This document shows, piece after piece, positions 32,108 through 41,987 of a stretch of DNA of 64,000 bases. Position 1 is the first letter of the stretch. Each line of letters begins with the position of its first letter. Made by a program: the position numbers and the translations under genes. The notes beneath the pieces were generated by a model. The model had not been told where the DNA came from. It worked only from the letters and a program-made list of their open reading frames with translations, and did not search any database. Source of the stretch: a virus (lineage: Duplodnaviria > Caudoviricetes); IMG/VR virus record IMGVR_UViG_3300011113_000265, positions 33,018 through 97,017 of that record; one strand, given 5' to 3'.

Positions 32108-32120
32108 AATTCTCCCCTTT
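32093..32120. terminator. Bidirectional intrinsic terminator between the convergent arms
   Basis: aaaggggagaa / ttctccccttt stem with A/T tracts on both sides, between convergent stop codons. Confidence 0.85.
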
Positions 32121-32124
32121 CTTA

Positions 32125-32409
32125 TTATGCTTTATTAGCTTGTTTAATAGCCTTTTTAGCTCGGTCAATTGATTTAAAACTACCTAGGTATACTCTAGTA
32201 CCATTAATAGTAGGACGTGCCATATAAGTTACATTATCAGGGTTATTGTTAGAAACATAGATTCCTTTAGGAAGTGTTTCACCTGTACTTGTAACACGCT
32301 TACCTTTAATAGTTTTAGTAGTTACACATTTAATTTTACCTTTTGTAGTTCCTTTACCTTTCTTCATAATCTTTAATTTAAAATTGTTATTACTTACCAT
32401 TATATTCAT
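32125..32409 (-). CDS. Small basic AP2-like DNA-binding protein
   Basis: LPKGIYV...YMARPTINGTRVYLGSFKSIDRAKKA. Confidence 0.6.
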   Translation of the reverse strand: MNIMVSNNNFKLKIMKKGKGTTKGKIKCVTTKTIKGKRVTSTGETLPKGIYVSNNNPDNVTYMARPTINGTRVYLGSFKSIDRAKKAIKQANKA

Positions 32410-33052
32410 AATCTAATATCTTACCTACTAGATCAGATCTGTGATTTTCTTTAAGTTTAATCCACTTAATTCCATCTATTGACTTAGACAGTTCAATAGC
32501 ATAAGAAAGTCCGTTAAACTCATCCTTTATGTCTTTCTGCTCATTATCACCATTAATAATTATCTTACCAGTTTTTCCTAATCTTGTAAGTACAGCTAAC
32601 ATTTCAGCTTTAGTAGTGTTTTGACTTTCTTCTACAATTAATATATCATCAATAGTTTTACCTCTAATAAACTGAATAGGTAAAGCTTTAATCTTTTCAC
32701 TTTTTAACAGAGTATCAATTTCTTCTTTATTAGTACAACATTTATTAAGGTTATCTAAGAAAGCTTCCATATAAGGATCAAACTTTTCATTTAACTCACC
32801 AGGTAAAAAACCTAATGATTTACCTACTTCAATAGCTGCTCTTGTATTCCAAATGCAATCTACTTGTTTCTTTTTTAAGAAGTCTAGTGCTGTTTGAGCA
32901 CAGACCAGGGATTTACCTGATCCTGCTCTACCAGTCACTATAACTATTTGATTGTCTATTATTAATTGTTTAGCTTTCTTTTGTTCTTCATTTAACTGAA
33001 TAGCATTGATAGCTTTAATTTCATTTTTTCTTGGTCTATTTGGTGTTTTCAT
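32390..33052 (-). CDS. phoH: PhoH-family ATPase
   Basis: GRAGSGKS, LGFLPG, FIRGKT, EESQN, LTRLG, GDNEQKD, HRS. Confidence 0.93.
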   Translation of the reverse strand: MKTPNRPRKNEIKAINAIQLNEEQKKAKQLIIDNQIVIVTGRAGSGKSLVCAQTALDFLKKKQVDCIWNTRAAIEVGKSLGFLPGELNEKFDPYMEAFLDNLNKCCTNKEEIDTLLKSEKIKALPIQFIRGKTIDDILIVEESQNTTKAEMLAVLTRLGKTGKIIINGDNEQKDIKDEFNGLSYAIELSKSIDGIKWIKLKENHRSDLVGKILDYEYNGK

Positions 33053-33569
33053 TACTCCTTTTAAATTGTATTAATTTTAAAGCATCAGCTAATAATATAA
33101 ACTCATCATGTGTAAATCTATTTGATTTTGTATTATTACATAACCAACAACAAACAGTTAAATTATCATAAACATAATTTTTAGTATTATCTTTTCTATC
33201 AAGATTATATCTATTATTAGTTGCTTTCCAATTAATTGTAGTATTACAATAAGTACAATTAGTAATATCTGTAAATTTTAAAAATTGTTCAAATGTTAAA
33301 TTGCAAAAAATATTTTTCTTTTTAGCAGAATTTAATAATTTAGTATAAATAGCTTGATAAGGATGTTTTATATTTATTTTTTTTAACCCTACTGCTGATG
33401 AACAATATTGACAACATGTTGTTTTACGTCTATATAAATTATTAATTTCAACTTTAAATTCTTTATTACAATTAGTACAATTAAAATAATAATATTTTTT
33501 TAAACCTATTTTTTCAAATTTTATTGAATCTTCTATTTTTAAAATCATAATTATTATTTTATAGGACAA
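33036..33569 (-). CDS. Free-standing HNH endonuclease with Zn-binding motifs
   Basis: CTNC...CCQYC, CTYC, LDRKDNTKNYVYDNLTVCCWLCNNTKS. Confidence 0.8.
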   Translation of the reverse strand: MSYKIIIMILKIEDSIKFEKIGLKKYYYFNCTNCNKEFKVEINNLYRRKTTCCQYCSSAVGLKKINIKHPYQAIYTKLLNSAKKKNIFCNLTFEQFLKFTDITNCTYCNTTINWKATNNRYNLDRKDNTKNYVYDNLTVCCWLCNNTKSNRFTHDEFILLADALKLIQFKRSNENTK

Positions 33570-35473
33570 CTACCATTATCACAATCTTGAATATCAAAAT
33601 CAGATTCTTTTATTTGAACTGAAGTTATAGATATTATTTTTTTAGATAATTCATAATATTTTTCTTTACTTATTTTTTCATAAGGAGCTTGTTTAAATCC
33701 ATGTCCATATTTTAATAAAAAAGATAAAGTTTTAAAATTATCTTTATAATAAGTTTTTAAATATTCTTTAATTTCAGGTAAATCTTCTTTATTGTAATAT
33801 ACAGTACAACTAACTGAGTTATCGCTCCATTCTGCTTGCATTTTTCTTACCATTTCAAGTTGTTCTTTCCAAGTATAATTATCTGCTACAGGAGTAGTTT
33901 CAGGTAATTTGCAAGGAAATTCTACAACCATTGTAGAACTATCATCTGAACCATCAAAATTAATTTGAGGTTCAATATGATAACCGTGAGATTTACAAAC
34001 TTGTAATAAAGGTGATGATGATGCTATTCTTATACGTCTTATATAATAAGGACCAGCTGGGTTAGGATGTACACCAGGTGTAACTCCTGCTAATAAACTT
34101 AATGTTCCTGAAGGTTTAACAGTTGTTAATTTAATACTGTAAGGAAATCCTTTATTTTCAGAATATTCTTTATCATATTTTCTCAACCAAACATATGCAT
34201 CTTTCAACCAAGATCTTTGTTCTTCAGTAGCTTGGAGAATACCAGTCATACCTATACCCATCCTCATATTAGTATTTACAATAGCTTCTGTTTCTTTAAG
34301 ACTACAATGTAATGCTAAAGAATGTTTATTAACTCTATAAGTTAATCCTAAAATACTAATTAATTCATCATATGAAGTAATATTAGGTAAATAAACTTCA
34401 GATAAACAACAAGTTTCAAAATTATTTAAAGATTGTTCTGCACAAGGATTGTATACAACTACATTTTTATCAGGATAATTAGTATCTCCTGTTCTTCCTA
34501 TTTTTCTAGATAATTCTAAATTTATAAATCCATAAGGTTCACCTTGATTATAAGTTTCCCAAAAAGCTTCAGGTAATTTAGATACATCATCACAAGCAAC
34601 TGAATTATTACTCATAGATCTCCAATTAGGAATAGAACCTAAATCCCATCTTTTAGCTTGTAAATATTCTATATCATCATAATCACCTATACTTATTTGA
34701 GCACTTCTACGTACATTTCCAGCTACTACAATAAAACCAATAATATTCATAATATCTAAACAATCTATAGGTCTAAGATTATTATTTGCTCTATTATTTA
34801 AAATATTATTAATTTCATTAATACCCCAACATAATTCTTCTGGTCCGCTAGCTGTACCTCCAAATCCTTTAATAGGAGCACCTTTACTTCTTATAAGTTG
34901 TGTACTGTAAGTAAAACTTTCACCTGAATAAAAATGAGCTTTAAGAACTTTACCTAAAAGTTTTACCCAACCTTCACGAGTATCTGGTACAATATAATCA
35001 GCATCTGCTGTATCTAATCGTTTAACTTCAAGTTTATTTTTTAAAATAGGTATTTTATTTACATATTCTTTTTGAATATTAAAACCAACACCAACACCTA
35101 ACATTAAACTTTCAAAAGTCCAAGTAAAAGGTCTTATAGGACTATCTACTACAACACCAGCACAATTTTGTAAACTAGGTAATCCTAATTTATCTACAGT
35201 TGTTGTACCTAATTGCCACATAAATCTACCAGCCACACTCCATTTAAGAGCAGATCTAGTTTTTCTATAAAGTTCTTCTTCTTCAAAAGTAAATCCTACA
35301 TTTAATTGAGTTTTACATGCTTTTAATTCTCTTTCAATAACATCATAAAATTCTTCTGTAGGAGAATTTATATCTTCTTCATTTAATCTTCTAGCATAAG
35401 TTCTTTTAAATGTAATGTACCCAATTTCTCCCCAAGGAGTTTTGTTTAATTCTTTTTGTTTGTTTTCTATCAT
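33554..35473 (-). CDS. nrdJ: Class II (adenosylcobalamin-dependent) ribonucleotide reductase, monomeric RTPR type
   Basis: TFKRTYAR, LQNC, VVAGNVRRSAQI, NPCAEQ, CCLSE, TTVKPSGTLSLL, C-terminal CDNGSCPIK. Confidence 0.93.
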   Translation of the reverse strand: MIENKQKELNKTPWGEIGYITFKRTYARRLNEEDINSPTEEFYDVIERELKACKTQLNVGFTFEEEELYRKTRSALKWSVAGRFMWQLGTTTVDKLGLPSLQNCAGVVVDSPIRPFTWTFESLMLGVGVGFNIQKEYVNKIPILKNKLEVKRLDTADADYIVPDTREGWVKLLGKVLKAHFYSGESFTYSTQLIRSKGAPIKGFGGTASGPEELCWGINEINNILNNRANNNLRPIDCLDIMNIIGFIVVAGNVRRSAQISIGDYDDIEYLQAKRWDLGSIPNWRSMSNNSVACDDVSKLPEAFWETYNQGEPYGFINLELSRKIGRTGDTNYPDKNVVVYNPCAEQSLNNFETCCLSEVYLPNITSYDELISILGLTYRVNKHSLALHCSLKETEAIVNTNMRMGIGMTGILQATEEQRSWLKDAYVWLRKYDKEYSENKGFPYSIKLTTVKPSGTLSLLAGVTPGVHPNPAGPYYIRRIRIASSSPLLQVCKSHGYHIEPQINFDGSDDSSTMVVEFPCKLPETTPVADNYTWKEQLEMVRKMQAEWSDNSVSCTVYYNKEDLPEIKEYLKTYYKDNFKTLSFLLKYGHGFKQAPYEKISKEKYYELSKKIISITSVQIKESDFDIQDCDNGSCPIK

Positions 35474-35506
35474 ATATATTATTTAATTCCTACACTTAAT
35501 TGAATA

Positions 35507-35527
35507 GGGGGATACAATTTATCCCCC
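35507..35527. terminator. GC-rich hairpin upstream of nrdJ (weak terminator or attenuator)
   Basis: gggggata / tatccccc stem with 5-nt loop in the intergenic gap; poor U-tract. Confidence 0.45.
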
Positions 35528-35572
35528 ATATTCTTCATTCCCAACTTATTCTAATAATATATAGAATAGTAA

Positions 35573-35899
35573 TTACTTATTTTGTTTAAGAGCTTGAATA
35601 GTATCTCTTAATATAGCAGCTCTTTCAAAATCTTGATTTTTTATAGCTTCATTCAGCTCATTTGACTTTTCTTTTATAAGTCTAGTGTTATCAGTATTAT
35701 TATTCTTATAACTATAAGTAGTTTCTGAATAAAAACCTCCATTAGCAGTTCTACCACTAATTTCTGTTACAACAACACCATCTTTTTCATATACTTTTTT
35801 AGTCATTTCAGACTCATTAAGTTCTGATTTAATAGATTCTTCTAATGATCTATTTGATAACATCTTATTAAGATATTGACTTAAATAATTTGGATACAT
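35573..35899 (-). CDS. Small protein with C-terminal UVR (UvrB/UvrC) motif
   Basis: ELNEAIKNQDFERAAILRDTIQAL; ATG at 35899 avoids overlap with the upstream gene. Confidence 0.75.
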   Translation of the reverse strand: MYPNYLSQYLNKMLSNRSLEESIKSELNESEMTKKVYEKDGVVVTEISGRTANGGFYSETTYSYKNNNTDNTRLIKEKSNELNEAIKNQDFERAAILRDTIQALKQNK

Positions 35900-35900
35900 A

Positions 35901-36665
35901 TTACTTTTTATTAGGATTTTTAATTGAAATTGAATGATACTTACCACAATCATTACATCTATACTGTTGAGTATATCTACCAGCAGCACTTATACGTAGT
36001 TTAACTTTTCTAATATTAGTTGAGTTACATTCTACACAATGAATACCGTTACCTTCTATACGTACAGTTTTTGTAATTTTGTTCTTTAAATAAGGATTAA
36101 GTTTTAAGAATACTTTTTCTAATAAAATAACATCGTTTTTACAATATTGTACCATTTTGTACAAAGAGTGTCTGTTATTTCTTAAAATAATATCATCCCA
36201 TAACTCTAATCCACCTGTTTCTATTTTACCATCAAGACCTATAAACTTACTTATATAATCTAATTTATTAGAATTAAATAAGAATAGTTTCTTAGCTTCT
36301 TTTAAGGTATCAATAGATTGAATATAAGGAGTTAATGCTACTCCATGGTATAAACATCTAGTTCTAAACCACTTAACGTCAAATTTATCACCATTATGAG
36401 TTACCACTTCATCAGCTGAATTTAAGATCTCTGAGAACTTAAGAATCATGCTACTATCATCACCTCTATTCCATGTTAAACATTTAACATTTTTATCACC
36501 TTCCCACTTGTAACAGATACAAATTATGGCTCTTTCTTTAATTATACTACTAGGATCTAGCTTAATATCATAACCAATCCTCCAGGATTTTACAATATTA
36601 TAACTAGTTTCTATATCAAAGTATAATCTTTTGATCTTATTAACTCTCTTATCAGTTACTTTCAT
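35901..36665 (-). CDS. RNase H-fold 3'-5' exonuclease (YprB/RNase_H_2-like) with C-terminal Zn ribbon
   Basis: YFDIETS, HNGDKFDVKW, SNKLDYI, YCKNDV, CVEC...CNDC. Confidence 0.85.
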   Translation of the reverse strand: MKVTDKRVNKIKRLYFDIETSYNIVKSWRIGYDIKLDPSSIIKERAIICICYKWEGDKNVKCLTWNRGDDSSMILKFSEILNSADEVVTHNGDKFDVKWFRTRCLYHGVALTPYIQSIDTLKEAKKLFLFNSNKLDYISKFIGLDGKIETGGLELWDDIILRNNRHSLYKMVQYCKNDVILLEKVFLKLNPYLKNKITKTVRIEGNGIHCVECNSTNIRKVKLRISAAGRYTQQYRCNDCGKYHSISIKNPNKK

Positions 36666-36873
36666 TCTTTAAATATTTATTAATAATTCCTTCAATATTA
36701 GGTTTAAGTTTATCAGGATCAGTTATTAAATATTCTTTAATAATAGATTTCTCTTCCTCACTACAACTATTATAAAGAGTCATAACTTGATCAGATTTTA
36801 TACCTAATAAATGAGCTGTCACTTCTATAAAGCCACCAGTTTCATTAGTTTCCTGAACTTCCAAATCCTCCAT
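36652..36873 (-). CDS. Hypothetical protein
   Basis: 73 aa ORF filling the gap between dut and the exonuclease. Confidence 0.5.
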   Translation of the reverse strand: MEDLEVQETNETGGFIEVTAHLLGIKSDQVMTLYNSCSEEEKSIIKEYLITDPDKLKPNIEGIINKYLKNESN

Positions 36874-37339
36874 GTCCTCTATCAGTTATAGGTAATTCAT
36901 GTACTTCACTAAAATGAATAGTAGGTACAGGCATTACAATTAATTGACCTACCTTATCTCCTACATTATAAATCTTAGGATTAGTTTTATACTTAAAACG
37001 TAGTTTAAGCTCTCCTACATATCCTGAATCTACTACACCAACAGCATTACTAAGATATAAATCTTTCTTAGAAATACTACTTCTAGGATAAATAAAACCT
37101 GCGTAACCTTCAGGAATCTTTACAGCAAGTCCAGTACCATATTCATAATACGCAGCTTCTTCAGGTGTAGCTGGTACATGAGTTACACTAACTGCTGTTA
37201 AATCTGCTCCAGCATCACTAAAATTAGCATATGATGGCATCTTAGCATCAGGATGTAACTTTTTTAATTTAACATAAACATAATTAGTTTTAGTGTCTTC
37301 TGCATACTTTATTATTTCTTCTTCATTCATTTTATTCAA
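36845..37339 (-). CDS. dut: Trimeric dUTPase
   Basis: AGADL, PRSSIS, GVVDSGYVGE, GQL, RGHGGFGSSG. Confidence 0.95.
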   Translation of the reverse strand: MNKMNEEEIIKYAEDTKTNYVYVKLKKLHPDAKMPSYANFSDAGADLTAVSVTHVPATPEEAAYYEYGTGLAVKIPEGYAGFIYPRSSISKKDLYLSNAVGVVDSGYVGELKLRFKYKTNPKIYNVGDKVGQLIVMPVPTIHFSEVHELPITDRGHGGFGSSGN

Positions 37340-37721
37340 ATATTAATTCTGTTTGTTTATTACTACTTATTTTGTAACTAATATTTCTATCATCAATTAC
37401 AGTACCAGTTAAAATACCATCTAAAGCCATCATTGCATTACAAGCCACTAAAGCTAAATGATGTACATTAGATTCATCTATATCATCTTTATCAACATTG
37501 GTTAGATATTGATTTAAATGTCTATGTAATGCGTCTAAATATCTAGTTACAGGCATTGGTTTAGAATAATTAAATTGTCCATATTTATTTAATCCAACCG
37601 TAAAACCTTTTGCTACTTCTAATAAAGCTTTTTGAGGTATACTAGTAAAACTAGGTTTACCTTTATCAAACTTTGTAGCCATCTCATTAGTCTTTAAAGT
37701 GTTCATCTTTATAAATTTCAA
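37332..37721 (-). CDS. dATP/dGTP diphosphohydrolase-like protein (DUF5664)
   Basis: KFDKGK...GLNKYGQFNY...YLDALHRHL...DESNVHHLALVACNAMM. Confidence 0.8.
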   Translation of the reverse strand: MKFIKMNTLKTNEMATKFDKGKPSFTSIPQKALLEVAKGFTVGLNKYGQFNYSKPMPVTRYLDALHRHLNQYLTNVDKDDIDESNVHHLALVACNAMMALDGILTGTVIDDRNISYKISSNKQTELIFE

Positions 37722-38253
37722 TGTCTAAATTTGGTATACTCATAATTTCTGCATCAGCACTTAATTTCTCATTAAGTTCATCTTCAAGTTTTTTTCTAGC
37801 TTCTTTAGTAGGATATAAGCATTCTTTAATTTTCTTATAAACTATTTTAGTAATATCATACTTTAACAAAGTGTTTAGTAGATTTTCTTTATAGTCTTCA
37901 GACATCTTAGAATACTTACCCTCTATAAATTTATAATAATCATTCACATATTGCTGAGGTATATTCATCTTAATAATGTGCCAATTATTTGTAGATTTAG
38001 TTCCACAATAATATTCATCTGTATTTAAAGTATCATTAATTTTATTAAAGTTATAAAAATCTTTAATAGGTTTCTTAAATACAAGATACATTACAGGATC
38101 TGTTTTACCTATGTAGCAATTGTGAAAATCTTCACCATAAAAATCAAAAGGATAACTTAACATACACCTAATAAAAACTCTAGCTTTTGTTAACTTATCG
38201 TAATCAAAGTTAGATTTTTTATTATTAGTTTCCTCATTCTCCACAACAATCAT
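37687..38253 (-). CDS. Hypothetical crAss-like protein
   Basis: 188 aa; DYYKFIEGKYSKMS motif; tightly packed operon. Confidence 0.6.
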   Translation of the reverse strand: MIVVENEETNNKKSNFDYDKLTKARVFIRCMLSYPFDFYGEDFHNCYIGKTDPVMYLVFKKPIKDFYNFNKINDTLNTDEYYCGTKSTNNWHIIKMNIPQQYVNDYYKFIEGKYSKMSEDYKENLLNTLLKYDITKIVYKKIKECLYPTKEARKKLEDELNEKLSADAEIMSIPNLDIEIYKDEHFKD

Positions 38254-38270
38254 CCTTAATTTATTAATTA

Positions 38271-39149
38271 TTATATATTTAAACTAACTTCAAAATTAAT
38301 GATTTCTTCTATCTTATTAGGAATAAAAGTTTCATAATCTTTGATATTATCTAATAATTTAATTAAATTGTAGTTTAAAGCAAATTCAGTAATGCCTATT
38401 TGTTCACCTAATACATCAGCATAAGCATCAAGAACTACTGTTCTCATAGATGCATTATCATCTAAATTAAGTAATAATTTATAAGCAAATGCTATACCCT
38501 TACCTTTTAATCCTTTAATATTATCAGTAGAATCACCAACTATAACTTGTGTCCATAAACTATAGGATGCTTCACTATCATCGACTTCATAAAAATCATT
38601 AGTTTTGTAATTAAAATGGCTACCTTCAATTTGATTTAAATCCTTATCTGTATGAACTAATACTGTAGAAATCTTTTGAGTTTTGAAATAGTTATTAGCC
38701 ACATTAACTAAATCATCAGCTTCAAATCCTTCTATCTTAATAAAATTCCAATTATCTATACAATAATTAGTTAATTCTTTAAGATATTTAGGCTTTTCTA
38801 ATTTCTTTCTATTAGCTTTATACTCTGGATATAAACTATATCTATGAGAGCCACCTGTTAATAAAGCAACATAATATATACAACCTGTATTCATTAGAAT
38901 ATTAGTAAAATGAATATTAAATTCATTTATTATATCATCTAAAGTTCTTTCAGTTTGATTACCATATTGCTCTATTTGTTCATCAGTCTGTTTTTTATCA
39001 ACAGCTGTTGCAAAAATTATACTATCAGCATCTATAACAGCCACTTTATAGTCATCTTTTTGTATAACTTTTATATTGTTAATATAGTCAACTAAGGAAC
39101 TCCTTAGCTGACTATTAACATTAATTTTTGTGTTATTCTGCATATTCAA
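38271..39149 (-). CDS. 5'-3' exonuclease / flap nuclease (T7 gp6-like)
   Basis: IDADS, YKANR, EADD, DKDLNQI, GDSTDNIKGLKGKG. Confidence 0.92.
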   Translation of the reverse strand: MNMQNNTKINVNSQLRSSLVDYINNIKVIQKDDYKVAVIDADSIIFATAVDKKQTDEQIEQYGNQTERTLDDIINEFNIHFTNILMNTGCIYYVALLTGGSHRYSLYPEYKANRKKLEKPKYLKELTNYCIDNWNFIKIEGFEADDLVNVANNYFKTQKISTVLVHTDKDLNQIEGSHFNYKTNDFYEVDDSEASYSLWTQVIVGDSTDNIKGLKGKGIAFAYKLLLNLDDNASMRTVVLDAYADVLGEQIGITEFALNYNLIKLLDNIKDYETFIPNKIEEIINFEVSLNI

Positions 39150-39471
39150 TAACTTCTGTGTAGTTTTCTACATCTTCAGTATGCATTGCTTCTAACCACA
39201 TATTATAGATTTTTCTATAATCTTGATTTTGTATAAACATTTGATAATAACGCCATAATTCGTCATCACCTTGTTCATAAGCAATTATAAACTGATCAGC
39301 AGGAATTTGATCAGGATAACAGTATTCTTCAATCATACTACCTAAAGCATAATCGCCATTAATTGCTGCTTCATATTCATCTGAATGTATTCCAAATTTA
39401 AGTTCAACAGCATTTAAAAGTTTTTCAGAATAAAAAATTTTATTCTTGTCTTTTGTATTTATCATATACAC
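39133..39471 (-). CDS. Hypothetical acidic protein
   Basis: 112 aa ORF in operon. Confidence 0.55.
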   Translation of the reverse strand: MYMINTKDKNKIFYSEKLLNAVELKFGIHSDEYEAAINGDYALGSMIEEYCYPDQIPADQFIIAYEQGDDELWRYYQMFIQNQDYRKIYNMWLEAMHTEDVENYTEVIEYAE

Positions 39472-39709
39472 TAATATTACTATATTGATTAATTAAATAG
39501 TCATTTAAATTATCAACAATAGATTCATATTCAAGTTGAATATCTTCTTTATATATGTAACAATCATTTGTTTCATCATAATCAAATATTTCTTCAGAAG
39601 ACTTATACTTATCTTTTATAAAGATATCAGCTAAATCTTGAGCTATTGTTAATGAATTTAAAGTGACTTCAACACTTTTAATTGCTTTTTCAGCATAGTT
39701 ATTTATCAT
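39440..39709 (-). CDS. Hypothetical acidic protein
   Basis: 89 aa ORF in operon. Confidence 0.55.
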   Translation of the reverse strand: MINNYAEKAIKSVEVTLNSLTIAQDLADIFIKDKYKSSEEIFDYDETNDCYIYKEDIQLEYESIVDNLNDYLINQYSNISVYDKYKRQE

Positions 39710-40286
39710 TTATAGTATAAATTGTTATAATGAGTTTTTGACTTTCATCTGGACTAGGACTATATCTAGTAGGTATTTCTCTAATAAATTCAATAGAATC
39801 GTCAGCACCTATTATAGTTTTTAAACAATCTAATAATACCTTACGATATATTAAAGCTAGATTATCTAAATCCCAATTGTTACTCCCTATTGGTTTAATA
39901 AATTTTATATCAACACCTATTGGAAATAATTGTTTAGGTATTACTTTTAAATCTTTTAGATGTTTATAAAAGAATTTTTTAATTTCATAAGCAATTTTAT
40001 TTCTAAGATTATGATTAAGACCTACCCATATATTTTGTCCAGATATTTTTTTATATCTTGGTTTACCTACACTACGGATATTTTTTAATATTTTTTCATT
40101 TGTTTCAATATTTATAAGTTCACCTGCTTTATTAAAACTATGCTTATTATTTTGATACTTCTTAGGTATCTTATCTGTTTTCTTATAATAAACAGGTCTT
40201 CTCTTGTTACTAAGAGTTACATATTCTATGTAGTCCTCAATACTTACCTGATAGATTATATCTTTCTCTTCTATTCTGTATCCCAC
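39699..40286 (-). CDS. rusA: RusA-like Holliday junction resolvase
   Basis: WDLDNLALIYRKVLLDCL...ADDS matches the RusA DxDN...K...D...DD pattern; GTG start. Confidence 0.65.
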   Translation of the reverse strand: MGYRIEEKDIIYQVSIEDYIEYVTLSNKRRPVYYKKTDKIPKKYQNNKHSFNKAGELINIETNEKILKNIRSVGKPRYKKISGQNIWVGLNHNLRNKIAYEIKKFFYKHLKDLKVIPKQLFPIGVDIKFIKPIGSNNWDLDNLALIYRKVLLDCLKTIIGADDSIEFIREIPTRYSPSPDESQKLIITIYTINDK

Positions 40287-40306
40287 AATAATCTATATTA
40301 AATGTG

Positions 40307-41329
40307 TTATAGTAAGCTATCTATCAACATTTGAGCATCATTTAACCCATATACTCTAATAAAGTCGCTAATATCTTTTACACCATATTCATCAGGAATA
40401 AACTTAGGTATTATATCTTTATATGTATTTGTAAGGTGAGCAGTACCCTGCTTACCACTTTTGTCATTATCATATAAAGAATATATATGTTCAATACCAT
40501 TTTGTTTTAGCTCTTCATAAATCTTGTTAGATAATGAATTCATTTCACCCTGTAAACTTATACTTTTGTAACCCAATTTATATAGACACATAACATCTTT
40601 TAAACTCTTGGTTATGATTAGGATGTTTTCAGAAGTAAACTTCTTACTAGGATCTAAAAAACACTTGGTTTTAAAATAGTTATATCCCTCTATATCATTT
40701 TGACTACCAGAAAACAGCCATTTAGTTTTCTTGTTTTTAGTTAAAGGGCAATAGATTTTGTATGATTGATGGAATTCATATGCATATACAGGATTATTTC
40801 TATTGTATATACGACATAAACTACCATTCAACCATACATATTTACAACTATACACATTAAATAGTTTTAAAGTATCAATATCAATGTAATATTGACTCCA
40901 ATATTCTTTATCTACAAGTGTATAATCTTGACTTTCTATTGTAATGATATTTTTCTTAACAGATAATTTAATATTATCACTAGAATTAAATAACATTCTA
41001 GTAGCATTAGTACTAATATCTTTTAATTTAAAATCATTAGAAATAATTTTAAGAGCTTCCTGAAAATTACAGTTGTATAATTTTTGTACTATACTAAAAC
41101 AGTCAAATGTTTCATTAGTACTAAAATCTTTAGCAATAAATTTATCACCAACATACTTTATACCAAAACTAGGATTTCTATCTTCCCTAAAAGGTGAAGA
41201 TATTAGATTACTATATTGTAGTTTAGTGTTAAGATAATACTCTATAATTTGTTGATCAGATAGCTTACTTAACACAAAATCTTTGGTTATGTAAGAATCT
41301 TCGGAATTAATATTTGAAAAATCAAACAT
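40307..41329 (-). CDS. dnaG: DNA primase (TOPRIM, crAss-like)
   Basis: SPFREDRNPSF, ITKSLKDVMCL, YDNDKSG, KDISDF. Confidence 0.88.
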   Translation of the reverse strand: MFDFSNINSEDSYITKDFVLSKLSDQQIIEYYLNTKLQYSNLISSPFREDRNPSFGIKYVGDKFIAKDFSTNETFDCFSIVQKLYNCNFQEALKIISNDFKLKDISTNATRMLFNSSDNIKLSVKKNIITIESQDYTLVDKEYWSQYYIDIDTLKLFNVYSCKYVWLNGSLCRIYNRNNPVYAYEFHQSYKIYCPLTKNKKTKWLFSGSQNDIEGYNYFKTKCFLDPSKKFTSENILIITKSLKDVMCLYKLGYKSISLQGEMNSLSNKIYEELKQNGIEHIYSLYDNDKSGKQGTAHLTNTYKDIIPKFIPDEYGVKDISDFIRVYGLNDAQMLIDSLL

Positions 41330-41383
41330 AACCTAGATTTATGTTAATTAATAATTAATTTAATTTATTTAATTTAGTATTGA

Positions 41384-41923
41384 TTAAAACGGTAAATCAT
41401 CAGTTACTTTAGCACTATTAGCTTCTACAGTAGCTTTGTTTACACGTTTAAGATCATACTCAATATTTGGATTATAAGTAAGAGCACTCATCTCAGATGT
41501 AATTGTCATAGGTTCAGCAAAATTAGGTAAACCTAATACAGTCTTAACATATACTTTACCATCACGTTGAGATACATATTCCTCACCTGTAAATTTCATT
41601 CTTAGTTTCTTACCACTAAGAATCTTATTAATATCTTGTAGAGTTGTTGCAGAATTAACTACATTCTCATCAACAACTTTAGTCATCATATGTTTTAGTT
41701 TCCTCATAGTATATTGAGGAGCATTACCTTCCATAGACATATCAATATTAAGTTCTGCACCATTATCTAAACTAAATGGTACACGAATTACTGCTTTACC
41801 ATTAGGAGTTGTTTCTGATGTGATTGTACCTATTGTTACATTATCATGTACTCCTGGTTTAACAGATGGTTTAACACTTGAACCTGATTGAACGTCACTG
41901 AAATTAAATGTAATATTACTCAT
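41384..41923 (-). CDS. Probable single-stranded DNA-binding protein
   Basis: Beta-rich, acidic DDLPF C-terminus, between ATPase and primase; ATG at 41923 preferred. Confidence 0.6.
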   Translation of the reverse strand: MSNITFNFSDVQSGSSVKPSVKPGVHDNVTIGTITSETTPNGKAVIRVPFSLDNGAELNIDMSMEGNAPQYTMRKLKHMMTKVVDENVVNSATTLQDINKILSGKKLRMKFTGEEYVSQRDGKVYVKTVLGLPNFAEPMTITSEMSALTYNPNIEYDLKRVNKATVEANSAKVTDDLPF

Positions 41924-41987
41924 ATATTTGTTGTTTAAAAAGTTAAAAATAAATTGGATTATACTTATGTAAATTATTATATATCTA

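Noticed and set aside
35474-35572. Cobalamin riboswitch upstream of the B12-dependent nrdJ
   Set aside because: Gap is only ~100 nt with one simple hairpin and no B12-box
41330-41383. AT-rich gap between SSB and primase as a replication origin
   Set aside because: Short, no iterons, and similar to other AT-rich translation leaders in this genome
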